Part shown: in pieces, positions 27,014 to 34,896 of the stretch
Numbering within the stretch: the first letter of the stretch is position 1
Layout: each line of letters starts with the position of its first letter
Position numbers and translations under genes: made by a program
The notes under the pieces: generated by a model
Told to the model about the DNA's origin: nothing
What the model saw: the letters and a program-made list of their open reading frames with translations, nothing else
The model's database searches: none
Assembly (NCBI GenBank): GCA_023245155.1
Contig: JAHFKV010000001.1
Coordinates: forward strand, 597,395-661,394
Direction of reading: 5' to 3'
DNA from: Candidatus Staskawiczbacteria bacterium
GTDB lineage: Bacteria; Patescibacteriota; Minisyncoccia; Minisyncoccales; Staskawiczbacteraceae
DNA: 64,000 nt

Positions 27014-27806
27014 TGGATTTTTTCGCCTTCACTGTTTTGGCTTTTTTAGCCTTGGGAGCCTTTGATTCTCCTGAACCTTTAGGGGAATCGGACATTTCTT
27101 GCTTTCCTGAAAAAATGATATTAAAATGCTGCATCAAAATCTCACACGCCTGATAAAAGGCTTTTTCGGGGGTCAAGGTTCCGTCAGTCTGAATTTCAAG
27201 GTTTAGCTTATCAAAGTCGGTCCGGTCACCCACGCGCATATTTTCCACCTGAAAATTGACGTTCTTGATTGGGGTGAAAATGGCATCCAAAGCAATGGCG
27301 CCAATTTCCGCTTTTTTAGTCTTGCGGTGCTCTTTAGGTTCGTACCCAATTCCTTTTTCAATGGTAATTTCCATTTCCAATTCTTTGTTTTTTTCAGTGG
27401 TGGTGGCAATATGCAATTCCGGATTGGCTAACTCAATTTGGGGAAATAATTTGAAATCTTTTCCAAGAATTTTCTTTTCACCCTTCACCTTCAATTCCAC
27501 TTTTTGCATTTGGCCTTCATGCATGGTAAAGCGTAAATTCTTTAAGTTCAACAGGATCATAATTACATCTTCAAGAACCCCGGGAATGGTGGAAAACTCG
27601 TGCGGAACCCCTTTAATTTTCACTTCGGTCACCGCAACGCCTTCCAATGAAGATAACAACACTCGCCGCAAGGCGTTCCCGATGGTAACTCCGTATCCCG
27701 GATACAGCCCGCTTACCTCAAACAAGGCCTTATTTTTTTCTTTTTGCGTCACTTTTGTCTGTGATGGCAATGAAATCATACGTTTACAACATGAAGCATG
27801 AAACAT
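26997..27806 (-). CDS. rpoA: DNA-directed RNA polymerase alpha subunit, N-terminal domain only with a Lys-rich tail
   Basis: GYGVTIGNALRRVLLSS and the alpha-NTD layout, ending ...ILMQHFNIIFSGKQEMSDSPKGSGESKAPKAKKAKTVKAKKSNAKKK. Start uncertain (M1 or MISLPSQ at 27779). Confidence 0.85.
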   Translation of the reverse strand: MFHASCCKRMISLPSQTKVTQKEKNKALFEVSGLYPGYGVTIGNALRRVLLSSLEGVAVTEVKIKGVPHEFSTIPGVLEDVIMILLNLKNLRFTMHEGQMQKVELKVKGEKKILGKDFKLFPQIELANPELHIATTTEKNKELEMEITIEKGIGYEPKEHRKTKKAEIGAIALDAIFTPIKNVNFQVENMRVGDRTDFDKLNLEIQTDGTLTPEKAFYQACEILMQHFNIIFSGKQEMSDSPKGSGESKAPKAKKAKTVKAKKSNAKKK

Positions 27807-27859
27807 GAAACATAACGATTGTTAATTGTTCCATGTCACGCGCTCCATGCAATTAATTA

Positions 27860-28450
27860 TTAACGTGAATAAAACTCGAATATTAATGATATTTCAACTG
27901 GCGGACTCACTTCTGCTAAATTTGGTAAACCAATAGCTTTGCCCTCAAAACTATTCTTATCAACGGTCAGCCAGGCATGCGGTTCCATTTTTTTCAGGGT
28001 TGCGGCTAATTCTTTAAATACGGCCTTGTTCTTTTTGCTTTCTTTAATAGTAATTACGTCTCCCTTTTTTACCTGGAATGAAGGAATATTCACCGGCTTT
28101 CCGTTTACCAAAAAATAGGCGTGGCTCACCAATTGCCTGGCGTGGGCGCGGGTGGCAGCAAAATTCAACCGGAAAATAACGTTATCAAGCCGGCGCTCAA
28201 GGCTTTTGACCAATTCATCAGAAACATTTTCTACTCTAGCCATCTTTTCCAACGCTTCCAAAACATAGCGCTTAAACTGCTTTTCTGAAAGGCCATACAA
28301 CTGTTTCATGGCCTGCTTTTCCTTCAACGATTTTTTATATTCAGAAACAGCGCCTTCACGCTTTTTCCGCTTTTCAGGCATGCCAGTATTTCCACTTCGT
28401 GAAAAAGCGTCAGCCGGCCCTTTATTAGTTTTTACTATTGCTTCTGCCAT
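27860..28450 (-). CDS. rpsD: 30S ribosomal protein S4
   Basis: RLDNVIFRLNFAATRAHARQLVSHAYFLVNGKPVNIPS (S4 domain). Confidence 0.9.
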   Translation of the reverse strand: MAEAIVKTNKGPADAFSRSGNTGMPEKRKKREGAVSEYKKSLKEKQAMKQLYGLSEKQFKRYVLEALEKMARVENVSDELVKSLERRLDNVIFRLNFAATRAHARQLVSHAYFLVNGKPVNIPSFQVKKGDVITIKESKKNKAVFKELAATLKKMEPHAWLTVDKNSFEGKAIGLPNLAEVSPPVEISLIFEFYSR

Positions 28451-28452
28451 GA

Positions 28453-28905
28453 TTATACGCGTCTTACTTTTTTAGGTTTTACTCCATTGTGGGGAATAGG
28501 GGTAATATCTTTAATTGCAACTACATTCAAGCCTTGGGTTACTAACGTGCGCACGGCTGATTCTCTGCCCGCACCAATACCCTTGATAAACACTTCCAAT
28601 CTTTCCACCCCGATTTTCTTGCACACATTCGCAATAGCTTCGGCCACCCGTGAGGCGGCAAACGAAGTTGATTTCTTGGTTCCCTTAAACCCAACGGCTC
28701 CCGCAGACTTGGAAACCAACACTTGCCCCTTATTATTGGTCAGAGTAATAATGGTGTTGTTATAGGAAGAAGAAACATACACGCGGGCTTCCAAAACCCG
28801 ATCAGCGGACTTGACCTTCACTTCCTTTTTTAAGCCAGCCTCGATTTTTTCCGAGTCTTTAATGGCCTGTTCTTGATTTTGTTCTGCAACTTGTTTTTTA
28901 CCCAT
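28453..28905 (-). CDS. rpsK: 30S ribosomal protein S11
   Basis: NNTIITLTN...GFKGTKKSTSFAA...IKGIGAGRESAVR...PHNGVKPKKVRRV. Confidence 0.9.
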   Translation of the reverse strand: MGKKQVAEQNQEQAIKDSEKIEAGLKKEVKVKSADRVLEARVYVSSSYNNTIITLTNNKGQVLVSKSAGAVGFKGTKKSTSFAASRVAEAIANVCKKIGVERLEVFIKGIGAGRESAVRTLVTQGLNVVAIKDITPIPHNGVKPKKVRRV

Positions 28906-28911
28906 AGTATT

Positions 28912-29301
28912 TTATGTTGGTGAAGCGGCTGGTTTTCTACCAGAGCCCATGGTCTTGCGTACATTCCCACGAACAGTCCGGGTATTGGTTTTCGTCCTTT
29001 GACCACGCACCGGCAGCTTTTTTGAGTGCCTCATGCCGCGCCAGGTTCCAATATCTTTCAAGCGTTTAATATTAATCATCACCTGCCTACGTAAATCCCC
29101 TTCAATTTTATGGTTCTTTTCAATGTAATCTTTCAGAGCCCCCACTTCAGCGGAGGTTAAATCCTGGGACTTTTTATTCGGATCAATCTTAGTTGCGGCC
29201 AACACTTTCAACGCCAAAGTATCCCCTATTCCGTAAATATAGGTGATGGCAATTTGAATACGCTTGTTTTCGGGAATGGTTACCCCTGCAATTCTTGGCA
29301 T
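28912..29301 (-). CDS. rpsM: 30S ribosomal protein S13
   Basis: MPRIAGVTIPENKRIQIAITYIYGIG. Confidence 0.9.
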   Translation of the reverse strand: MPRIAGVTIPENKRIQIAITYIYGIGDTLALKVLAATKIDPNKKSQDLTSAEVGALKDYIEKNHKIEGDLRRQVMINIKRLKDIGTWRGMRHSKKLPVRGQRTKTNTRTVRGNVRKTMGSGRKPAASPT

Positions 29302-29366
29302 ACTTTATCCTTGTCTTTGTTTATACTCTTTTATATATTTTTATGTGTCGGGTACTGGTCAACGCC

Positions 29367-29483
29367 TTATCCCTGGCGTTGCTTGTGTTTTGGATTTTTA
29401 CTACAAATCACATACAGCACACCCTGTCGTTTTACAATCTTGCAATCATTGCACATTTTTTTAACTGATGGTCTAACTTTCAC
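29367..29483 (-). CDS. rpmJ: 50S ribosomal protein L36 (Zn-ribbon C+ form)
   Basis: Absent from the ORF track (38 aa). Manual translation from GTG gives (M)[37 protein letters not shown]. Confidence 0.85.
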   Translation of the reverse strand: MKVRPSVKKMCNDCKIVKRQGVLYVICSKNPKHKQRQG

Positions 29484-29618
29484 AAATTTGGAGTTAAGAC
29501 GCGAGAATTGCCGGCTTTGCCGGAATTCCCGTCTCCGAAGCGAGGAATTTGCCTCGGAAATGAGCCTTAAATTTTATTATACCGTATCCTTGCGGGCTCA
29601 TTTACGCTGGATACCTTA
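29484..29618 (-). promoter_or_regulatory. structured GC-rich infA-rpmJ spacer (candidate mRNA leader with pseudoknot topology)
   Basis: Interleaved helices GGTATCC(29615-09)/GGATAC(29589-84) and AAATGAGCC(29603-595)/GGCTCATTT(29566-58). Also hairpins CGAGGcaaattCCTCG (29541-56) and AGACG.GAATT.CCGGCaaaGCCGG.AATTC..CGTCT (29497-534). Confidence 0.45.
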
Positions 29619-29858
29619 TTACTTCAATCTATAAACGATTCTTCCTTTTTTTTCATCATACGGACTCATTTCTAAGGTTACCTTATCCCCGATTAAAATC
29701 TTAATCCGGTTCAACCTCATTTTACCTGACAAGAAGCCCATAATTTCCCTTCCGTCATCCAATACTACCTTAAAAAAGGCGTTTGGTAAAGCCTCTATGA
29801 CCCTGCCTTCCAGTTTAGTAATATTGTCTTTTTGGTTGTTTCCCGTCTCTTCCATCAC
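29619..29858 (-). CDS. infA: translation initiation factor IF-1
   Basis: GRVIEALPNAFFKVVLDDGREIMGFLSGKMRLNRIKILIGDKV. Confidence 0.9.
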   Translation of the reverse strand: MMEETGNNQKDNITKLEGRVIEALPNAFFKVVLDDGREIMGFLSGKMRLNRIKILIGDKVTLEMSPYDEKKGRIVYRLK

Positions 29859-29898
29859 ACGATTATATTAGCAGATACGCCTCTGATAGTCAACCCTT

Positions 29899-31170
29899 TT
29901 ATTCAAACTTCAGCTCAACCTTAATCTTGTTCTTGTCTTTTGGCGAAGTATGCACCCAAAATGGCCAAAAGTTGACTTTTACTTCCAAAACGCCTCCTTG
30001 GTATTGGCTGGTGATGGCATCTTGAATCTGGCTGGCTGATTTTTGGCTTAACGAATCTGTTACCGCTACCGTATCAATAAAATAATACGAAGCGGCTGAA
30101 ACGTTCAACGTGATTTTTGCAGTTCCAACCTTAGCGTCAACGGAATCTGCGGCATACTTAATATCTAAACTTTTTTCCAGTAAATTTTTATTGTCAGGCA
30201 GCTTGGAAGCGGCGTCTAGTTTTGCAAACTTCTGTAAATCGTCTTTTTTAAACACTAAAGCTGTGACGGTTACCTTTACGGTTTCATTAAACGTATCCGC
30301 CACCGCACCCTCTTTAACATCTGCATTAGCGTCGGTAACGTTTTTTACCAAGGCGCCGTCTAACAACACTTCATCCTTTGAGATTTTGGCACGCAGCGAA
30401 GTTTCAGCGTCATCTAACAACTTTTTGGTTACCACATCTTTAGCGCTAACAATATCGTCTTTGGTAACCTTTTTTACGTTTCCGGTATAACCACCGGTCA
30501 TGGCAGTTTTTGATTCACCCCAAATACCGTAATAATATGAAGTGCCCGAAAGCCCTGGCACCGAAAACTTGGAAGTCCCAATGTTATATTGCGTGCCCGA
30601 TTCCTCGGCCTGCACCGCCACATTTACTGACCCCGCAACTCCGCCTTTACTGGCAGGGATTACTACTTTCGCAAGAGACACAAAATACTTGCCGCCATCA
30701 GATAAAAAGTGGGTGCCTGCTTTCAGGCTCAGTGGGGTTGAAGGGTTAATTTTATTGTAAACAATAATAGTTCCGGTTGCCTTACCGTCATTTGAGGCGC
30801 TACCAGTTGCAGGAAATTGCTGCGAGACCTGCTTATCTTCTTGCAGTACGCGGGCAGGAATAATCTTTTTCAACAAATTAACATTATCATACGATTTGTC
30901 AGCAGTAATTGATTCTTGAAAATTCAATACATCGGTTTTGGGAGAAATTTCAATCGTGGCGTATGCAAAACTGTTATACACATATATGCCAAGCAACAGC
31001 ACAATTACCGCGAACCCAATAGCCAGCTCCGCCAAAGGGAATCTTTTAGTTTTTGGAACGGGCTGAGTAGCGGCTGGCTCAAACTTTTTTACCACCCGCC
31101 GTTTTTTTACGGGAGCCTTAACCATTTTAACTACTTTCGGTGGTTTAATATCGTAAATCTTTTTTGGCAC
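29899..31170 (-). CDS. hypothetical membrane-anchored extracytoplasmic protein
   Basis: 423 aa. Basic N-terminus MPKKIYDIKPPK..., one TM (LAIGFAVIVLLLGIYVY) and a Ser/Thr/Val-rich beta-type ectodomain. No family recognised. Confidence 0.45.
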   Translation of the reverse strand: MPKKIYDIKPPKVVKMVKAPVKKRRVVKKFEPAATQPVPKTKRFPLAELAIGFAVIVLLLGIYVYNSFAYATIEISPKTDVLNFQESITADKSYDNVNLLKKIIPARVLQEDKQVSQQFPATGSASNDGKATGTIIVYNKINPSTPLSLKAGTHFLSDGGKYFVSLAKVVIPASKGGVAGSVNVAVQAEESGTQYNIGTSKFSVPGLSGTSYYYGIWGESKTAMTGGYTGNVKKVTKDDIVSAKDVVTKKLLDDAETSLRAKISKDEVLLDGALVKNVTDANADVKEGAVADTFNETVKVTVTALVFKKDDLQKFAKLDAASKLPDNKNLLEKSLDIKYAADSVDAKVGTAKITLNVSAASYYFIDTVAVTDSLSQKSASQIQDAITSQYQGGVLEVKVNFWPFWVHTSPKDKNKIKVELKFE

Positions 31171-31183
31171 ACGCGTTATAAAA

Positions 31184-32905
31184 TTATTGTAATATTGCTT
31201 TGATTCTCCGGACTCCCTGACTAGAAGCCTCTTCTTTTACAATTTTAAATTTACCCAATTCTTTGGTATTCGCTACGTGCGGACCGCCGCAGAATTCCTT
31301 ACTCACCGTGTTGCCCTTTTTATCTTCAATAAAGTAGACAGACACCGTATTACCGTATTTTACACCAAATTCCATTTCTGCGCCAATTTTCTGCGCCTCG
31401 CCAATTGGCATTTCCCGCCTTACCACATCCAGCCCTTGCCCGATTTTATCGTTTACGATATCCTCTAACTTTTTAATTTCTTCTGGAGTAATCTTTCTAT
31501 CAAATGAAAAATCTATCCTCAACCGCTCTTGATTGATATTACTCCCCCGCTGTTTTACTTGCTTACCAAATAGTTCCTGCAATGCCGCCAAAAGCAAATG
31601 GTGCGCCGTATGTAATTTTACTGTAGCTGGCTCATGGTCAGCCAATCCCCCCTTAAACATTCCTGCGCTGGCCGTTCGCGAAAGTTCCTGATGCTCTTTC
31701 ATTTTTTGCTCAAACAAAACCCAATCTCTTTCTTTCCCGTTTTCTTTATCGAGTTCTTTTATGAGTTCTGGGGGGAAACCATAGGTGGTAAAAAGAATGA
31801 ATGCGTCTTCGCCCTCTTCATATTTCTTTTTGCCAGTGGCTAGTGTTTTACTAAACAACGAAACTTCCTTCTTAACACTTTGGCACACCTTGTTGCCATC
31901 TAACGGATAAACACCCTCATAGATCTTAATAACAATTTCGACTAAGTCGGCTAAACCTATCTTTTCCAGATTCATAGAATTACAATAGTAGGCAGCTTTT
32001 CTTAAAATGCGTCTCATCACATATCCCCTGTCAGTATTCGAAAATTCTATACCATCGCTAATCATAAAGGTTGTTGCGCGAATATGGTCAGCAACAATTC
32101 TTTTTCCCCTAAAATCTTCCGAATTCGTATATTCACTAATTTTAGATATGAGTGGCTGTAATACGTCCGTTTCATATATATTTTCATAGCCATTTAAGAC
32201 TGCCAAAGTTCTTTCAAATCCCATTCCCGTATCTACGTTTTTTTGTTCAGCCGTCATATATTCTCCATCGGCAGTTTTTACGTATTGCATGAATACGTTG
32301 TTCCAAATTTCCACCCAATTTTTATCAGTTGGATCAAATTTTTGCGGAACTGGCACATTATTATTTTTCCAATAAAAAATTTCGGTATCGGGGCCGCATG
32401 GGCCACTTTCCCCAACCGGTCCCCACCAATTATCTTCTTTCGGTAAAAAAATAATTCTCTCTTTTGAAATTCCTATATTTTCCCAGATTTTAGCTGACTC
32501 TTCATCTTTGGGGGCATTTTCATCACCACCAAAACAAGAAACCGCTAGTCTTTGAATGGGAATATTGAGTTCGTTTTTATCTGTTAAGAATTCGAAACTC
32601 CACCTAATAGAATCTTCTTTCCAGTAGTCCCCCAGAGACCAATTCCCAAGCATTTCAAAAAAAGTGTTATGAGTGTCGTCGCCCACTTCGTCAATGTCTA
32701 CGGTTCTGAAACATTTTTGAATGTCAACAATTCTTTTCCCAGCCGGATGTTTTTCTCCCAATAAATACGGCACTAACGGCTGCATCCCCGCACTGTTAAA
32801 TAAAGTGGTTGTATCTTGTGGAATTAAAGAGGCGCTGGGCACTATCTTATGCCCCCTTTTCTCAAAGAATTCCAGGAATTTTTGGCGAAGCTCGGCGGAT
32901 TTCAT
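31184..32905 (-). CDS. alaS: alanyl-tRNA synthetase (short, lacks the C-terminal C-Ala region)
   Basis: FNSAGMQP, FFEMLGNWSLGDY, editing-site HTAHHLL and CGGPHV. Ends right after GVRRIKA at 573 aa. Confidence 0.9.
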   Translation of the reverse strand: MKSAELRQKFLEFFEKRGHKIVPSASLIPQDTTTLFNSAGMQPLVPYLLGEKHPAGKRIVDIQKCFRTVDIDEVGDDTHNTFFEMLGNWSLGDYWKEDSIRWSFEFLTDKNELNIPIQRLAVSCFGGDENAPKDEESAKIWENIGISKERIIFLPKEDNWWGPVGESGPCGPDTEIFYWKNNNVPVPQKFDPTDKNWVEIWNNVFMQYVKTADGEYMTAEQKNVDTGMGFERTLAVLNGYENIYETDVLQPLISKISEYTNSEDFRGKRIVADHIRATTFMISDGIEFSNTDRGYVMRRILRKAAYYCNSMNLEKIGLADLVEIVIKIYEGVYPLDGNKVCQSVKKEVSLFSKTLATGKKKYEEGEDAFILFTTYGFPPELIKELDKENGKERDWVLFEQKMKEHQELSRTASAGMFKGGLADHEPATVKLHTAHHLLLAALQELFGKQVKQRGSNINQERLRIDFSFDRKITPEEIKKLEDIVNDKIGQGLDVVRREMPIGEAQKIGAEMEFGVKYGNTVSVYFIEDKKGNTVSKEFCGGPHVANTKELGKFKIVKEEASSQGVRRIKAILQ

Positions 32906-32930
32906 TAAAATAACTTTATCATAATTTTTT

Positions 32931-32971
32931 AAAAGAAAAAAGTCGGCAAATCGCGACCGCGATTTGCCGAC
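32931..32971 (-). terminator. terminator of cassette E
   Basis: Minus strand reads GTCGGCAAATCGCGgtCGCGATTTGCCGAC followed by TTTTTTCTTTT. Confidence 0.8.
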
Positions 32972-32983
32972 ACTAAGCCCATA

Positions 32984-33262
32984 TCACCGAGGCAACTTCG
33001 CCTCTCTTTTTTGCAAGTCATCTCTCCAGTCCCGCAACCTCATTTCTTCCAACATGGCCGCATCGGCGCGTTTTTTCACTTTCATACTGTCTTCGAGCAT
33101 TTCTTTGCGTAGCCCCGCATTCTCTTCTTTGAGCTCCTGGTACTTTGCTTCAAGAACTACATTATCTACATTCTTATTCTCAAGTATGGCGACCCAGACA
33201 CACTGAGAACCCAGCACCATGCCCAAGAACAACATAAGACCAATCCACCTTCGTTTTGACAT
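32984..33262 (-). CDS. hypothetical 92-aa TM + coiled-coil protein (cassette E, ORF3)
   Basis: MSKRRWIGLMLFLGMVLGSQCVWVAIL followed by a charged coiled coil. SD GGGGGAG lies 6 nt before the ATG at 33262; the ORF track extends to 33307. Confidence 0.45.
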   Translation of the reverse strand: MSKRRWIGLMLFLGMVLGSQCVWVAILENKNVDNVVLEAKYQELKEENAGLRKEMLEDSMKVKKRADAAMLEEMRLRDWRDDLQKREAKLPR

Positions 33263-33270
33263 GCGAAACT

Positions 33271-33277
33271 CCCCCCC
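33271..33277 (-). repeat. G7 homopolymer forming the SD of cassette E ORF3
   Basis: Minus strand reads tgtGGGGGGGagtttcgcATG. Confidence 0.85.
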
Positions 33278-33333
33278 ACAAAAGAAAGAACAGAAAAAAT
33301 AAAACACTTTTTATCACTATAGCGCATTCAGCA

Positions 33334-33372
33334 CAAAAAAACACCCCCACAAACTCCAGTTTGTTAGGGTGT
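33334..33372 (-). terminator. internal hairpin + T-run between cassette E ORF2 and ORF3
   Basis: Minus strand reads ACACCCTAACAAACtggagtTTGTGGGGGTGT followed by TTTTTTT. Confidence 0.6.
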
Positions 33373-33396
33373 CCTGAGGCGTACCGTACCCCTTTT

Positions 33397-33606
33397 TCAT
33401 TCTTTGGGACTCCCGTTGGGATGGGCAATCTCAAGAACGATTACAGAAACCAATAAGATTGGCCCTAGGGCGGATGAAATTGTCACCGACCTCCAACTCC
33501 GAAACCCAATTTGGGGATCGTCTGGATAGATTCGGTTATATCGACGCGCACCCAGTATGCCACCGACTAAACCGCAAACTACCCAGAGCAATGACATAAC
33601 AATCAC
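33397..33606 (-). CDS. hypothetical 69-aa two-TM protein (cassette E, ORF2)
   Basis: SD AAGGAG lies 5 nt before the GTG at 33606 (ATG alternative at 33597). (M)IVMSLLWVVCGLVGGILG...ALGPILLVSVIVLEIA. The long ORF-track N-terminal extension has no support. Confidence 0.4.
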   Translation of the reverse strand: MIVMSLLWVVCGLVGGILGARRYNRIYPDDPQIGFRSWRSVTISSALGPILLVSVIVLEIAHPNGSPKE

Positions 33607-33776
33607 AATATCTCCTTGGCGAAAGGAATGGTATCCATTTTTTACGAACGCTCGCAGGGGTGGATTTTCCCTTCTCTCAAACCACAAACTTTTTGTGGGC
33701 TGGGAGAAGAGAGGGAAGAGTGGCGCCGAAACGCTCACCCTTCCTCTTGGCGTATTCGCACAATACGCCTTCTGAA

Positions 33777-34031
33777 TTACACCCGAAGTGCCCGAAGAGC
33801 ACATTCCACCTCATGCTCATTCTCATCGTGGTCGGTTCGAACCCAGAAAGGAGTATAGTCGAGCTCTCCTGCCCGAATGACATACGCCTTTTCGTACTCC
33901 ACGCCCTTCATGTGAGCGTGGCGGACGATGTTCCACGACGTACCGTAAACGCCAGTACCAGGTGACGCGAGTTGAATAATGAGAATTCCCGCGGTCACGA
34001 GACGGCTATTCACGAACAGTACGGTCAACAT
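33777..34031 (-). CDS. hypothetical 84-aa protein (cassette E, ORF1)
   Basis: SD TAAGGAGGA lies 4-5 nt before the ATG at 34031. MLTVLFVNSRLVTAGILIIQLASPG.... No family recognised. Confidence 0.45.
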   Translation of the reverse strand: MLTVLFVNSRLVTAGILIIQLASPGTGVYGTSWNIVRHAHMKGVEYEKAYVIRAGELDYTPFWVRTDHDENEHEVECALRALRV

Positions 34032-34271
34032 GGCATCCTCCTTAAGAGGTCTCACCCAGCCAACGGGGTGCCCATTTTGGGATGAAGTGAAATACCTAAC
34101 CTAGCGAAAGCTAGATTTAAGATACATTCCCTTCTTTCAAATCACTATAGAAATCTTTGTGTAGATAATCTGCCATAAAAGCGATATCAGTTATTCAACT
34201 AATGATCTGAAAGAAGAGTAGAGGATTTTCAACGTTCTAGCCTTATTTGCCCATTTACCCTCTATATCTTA

Positions 34272-34300
34272 ATCATACACCTATCAAGATATCTTGTCAA
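34272..34300 (-). promoter_or_regulatory. cassette E promoter TTGACA-N17-TATGAT
   Basis: Minus strand reads TTGACAagatatcttgataggtgTATGAT, about 235 nt upstream of the first cassette ORF. Confidence 0.5.
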
Positions 34301-34320
34301 TACCCCCTCGCCAACCCACC

Positions 34321-34344
34321 AAAAACACCCTTTTTAGAGGGTGT
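34321..34344 (-). terminator. terminator of the YkuK-like gene
   Basis: Minus strand reads ACACCCTctaaaaAGGGTGTTTTT. Confidence 0.65.
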
Positions 34345-34372
34345 AGCGAGGCAGTTTTGAGAGTGAAGCCAT

Positions 34373-34894
34373 TTACGTATACCTATCCGCCACCACCGAA
34401 GCCGCAAACGAGTATGGCTTTATCATCGGCTCAAAACCGTGGCCCTTGATAAGCCCCGTCACCTCTTTGACCATTTCCCGCGTTTTTCCGTGCTCCCCCA
34501 CATCGGCATGAATGTAGGCAAACTGATAATTAGCACCAGGTAATTGTTTCTCCAACGCTTCACGCAGTATCAGCGCCATCTCGCACGACAGATACACTTC
34601 TTGCAAAATACGCTGCTTCCAGTTGGTTGGCACATTGGTAAATCTTTTCAAATATGAATCCGGGTAATGCATTTTTTTCAAGAAAAATCTTCCGCCCGCG
34701 CCTTTTCGCAAAACCACAATAGCAATCGGGAAAAACGGCTTGTCGCTGGAGGGCGAATCACACCCCACCACAATTTCATAAAAAAAGCCGGGCCGTTCTG
34801 ACAGATATTCCCGGATTTCCTTAATAACTTGGGTAAATTCCAAATTCCCCTTGCTAGGGCTGTGAAACTGTCCCTGGGTAACTTCGCTTTGCAT
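34373..34894 (-). CDS. DUF458 / YkuK-like RNase H-fold protein
   Basis: 173 aa. YEIVVGCDSPSS...IAIVVLRKGAGGRFF...IHADVGEHGKT...SFAASVVADRYT resembles the YkuK family (from memory). Confidence 0.45.
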   Translation of the reverse strand: MQSEVTQGQFHSPSKGNLEFTQVIKEIREYLSERPGFFYEIVVGCDSPSSDKPFFPIAIVVLRKGAGGRFFLKKMHYPDSYLKRFTNVPTNWKQRILQEVYLSCEMALILREALEKQLPGANYQFAYIHADVGEHGKTREMVKEVTGLIKGHGFEPMIKPYSFAASVVADRYT

Positions 34895-34896
34895 AC

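Noticed and set aside
33180-33965. Alternative overlapping ORFs in cassette E (33180..33434, 33256..33456, 33557..33775, 33616..33858, 33660..33965, 33677..33883), and the long N-terminal extensions of the 33397..33804 and 33777..34055 ORFs
   Set aside because: GC-rich DNA produces many open frames. Only three minus-strand frames have a strong SD at the proper distance and end at hairpin structures.
34032-34050. CCTCttaaGGAGG considered as an SD-sequestering hairpin (thermosensor-like) before cassette E ORF1
   Set aside because: It has only 4 base pairs and no extension, which is too weak to claim regulation.
34117-34176. A 19-aa ORF (MADYLHKDFYSDLKEGNVS) in the cassette E leader, considered as a leader peptide
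   Set aside because: It has no SD and no obvious link to a downstream terminator/antiterminator pair. It could be chance in AT-rich sequence.
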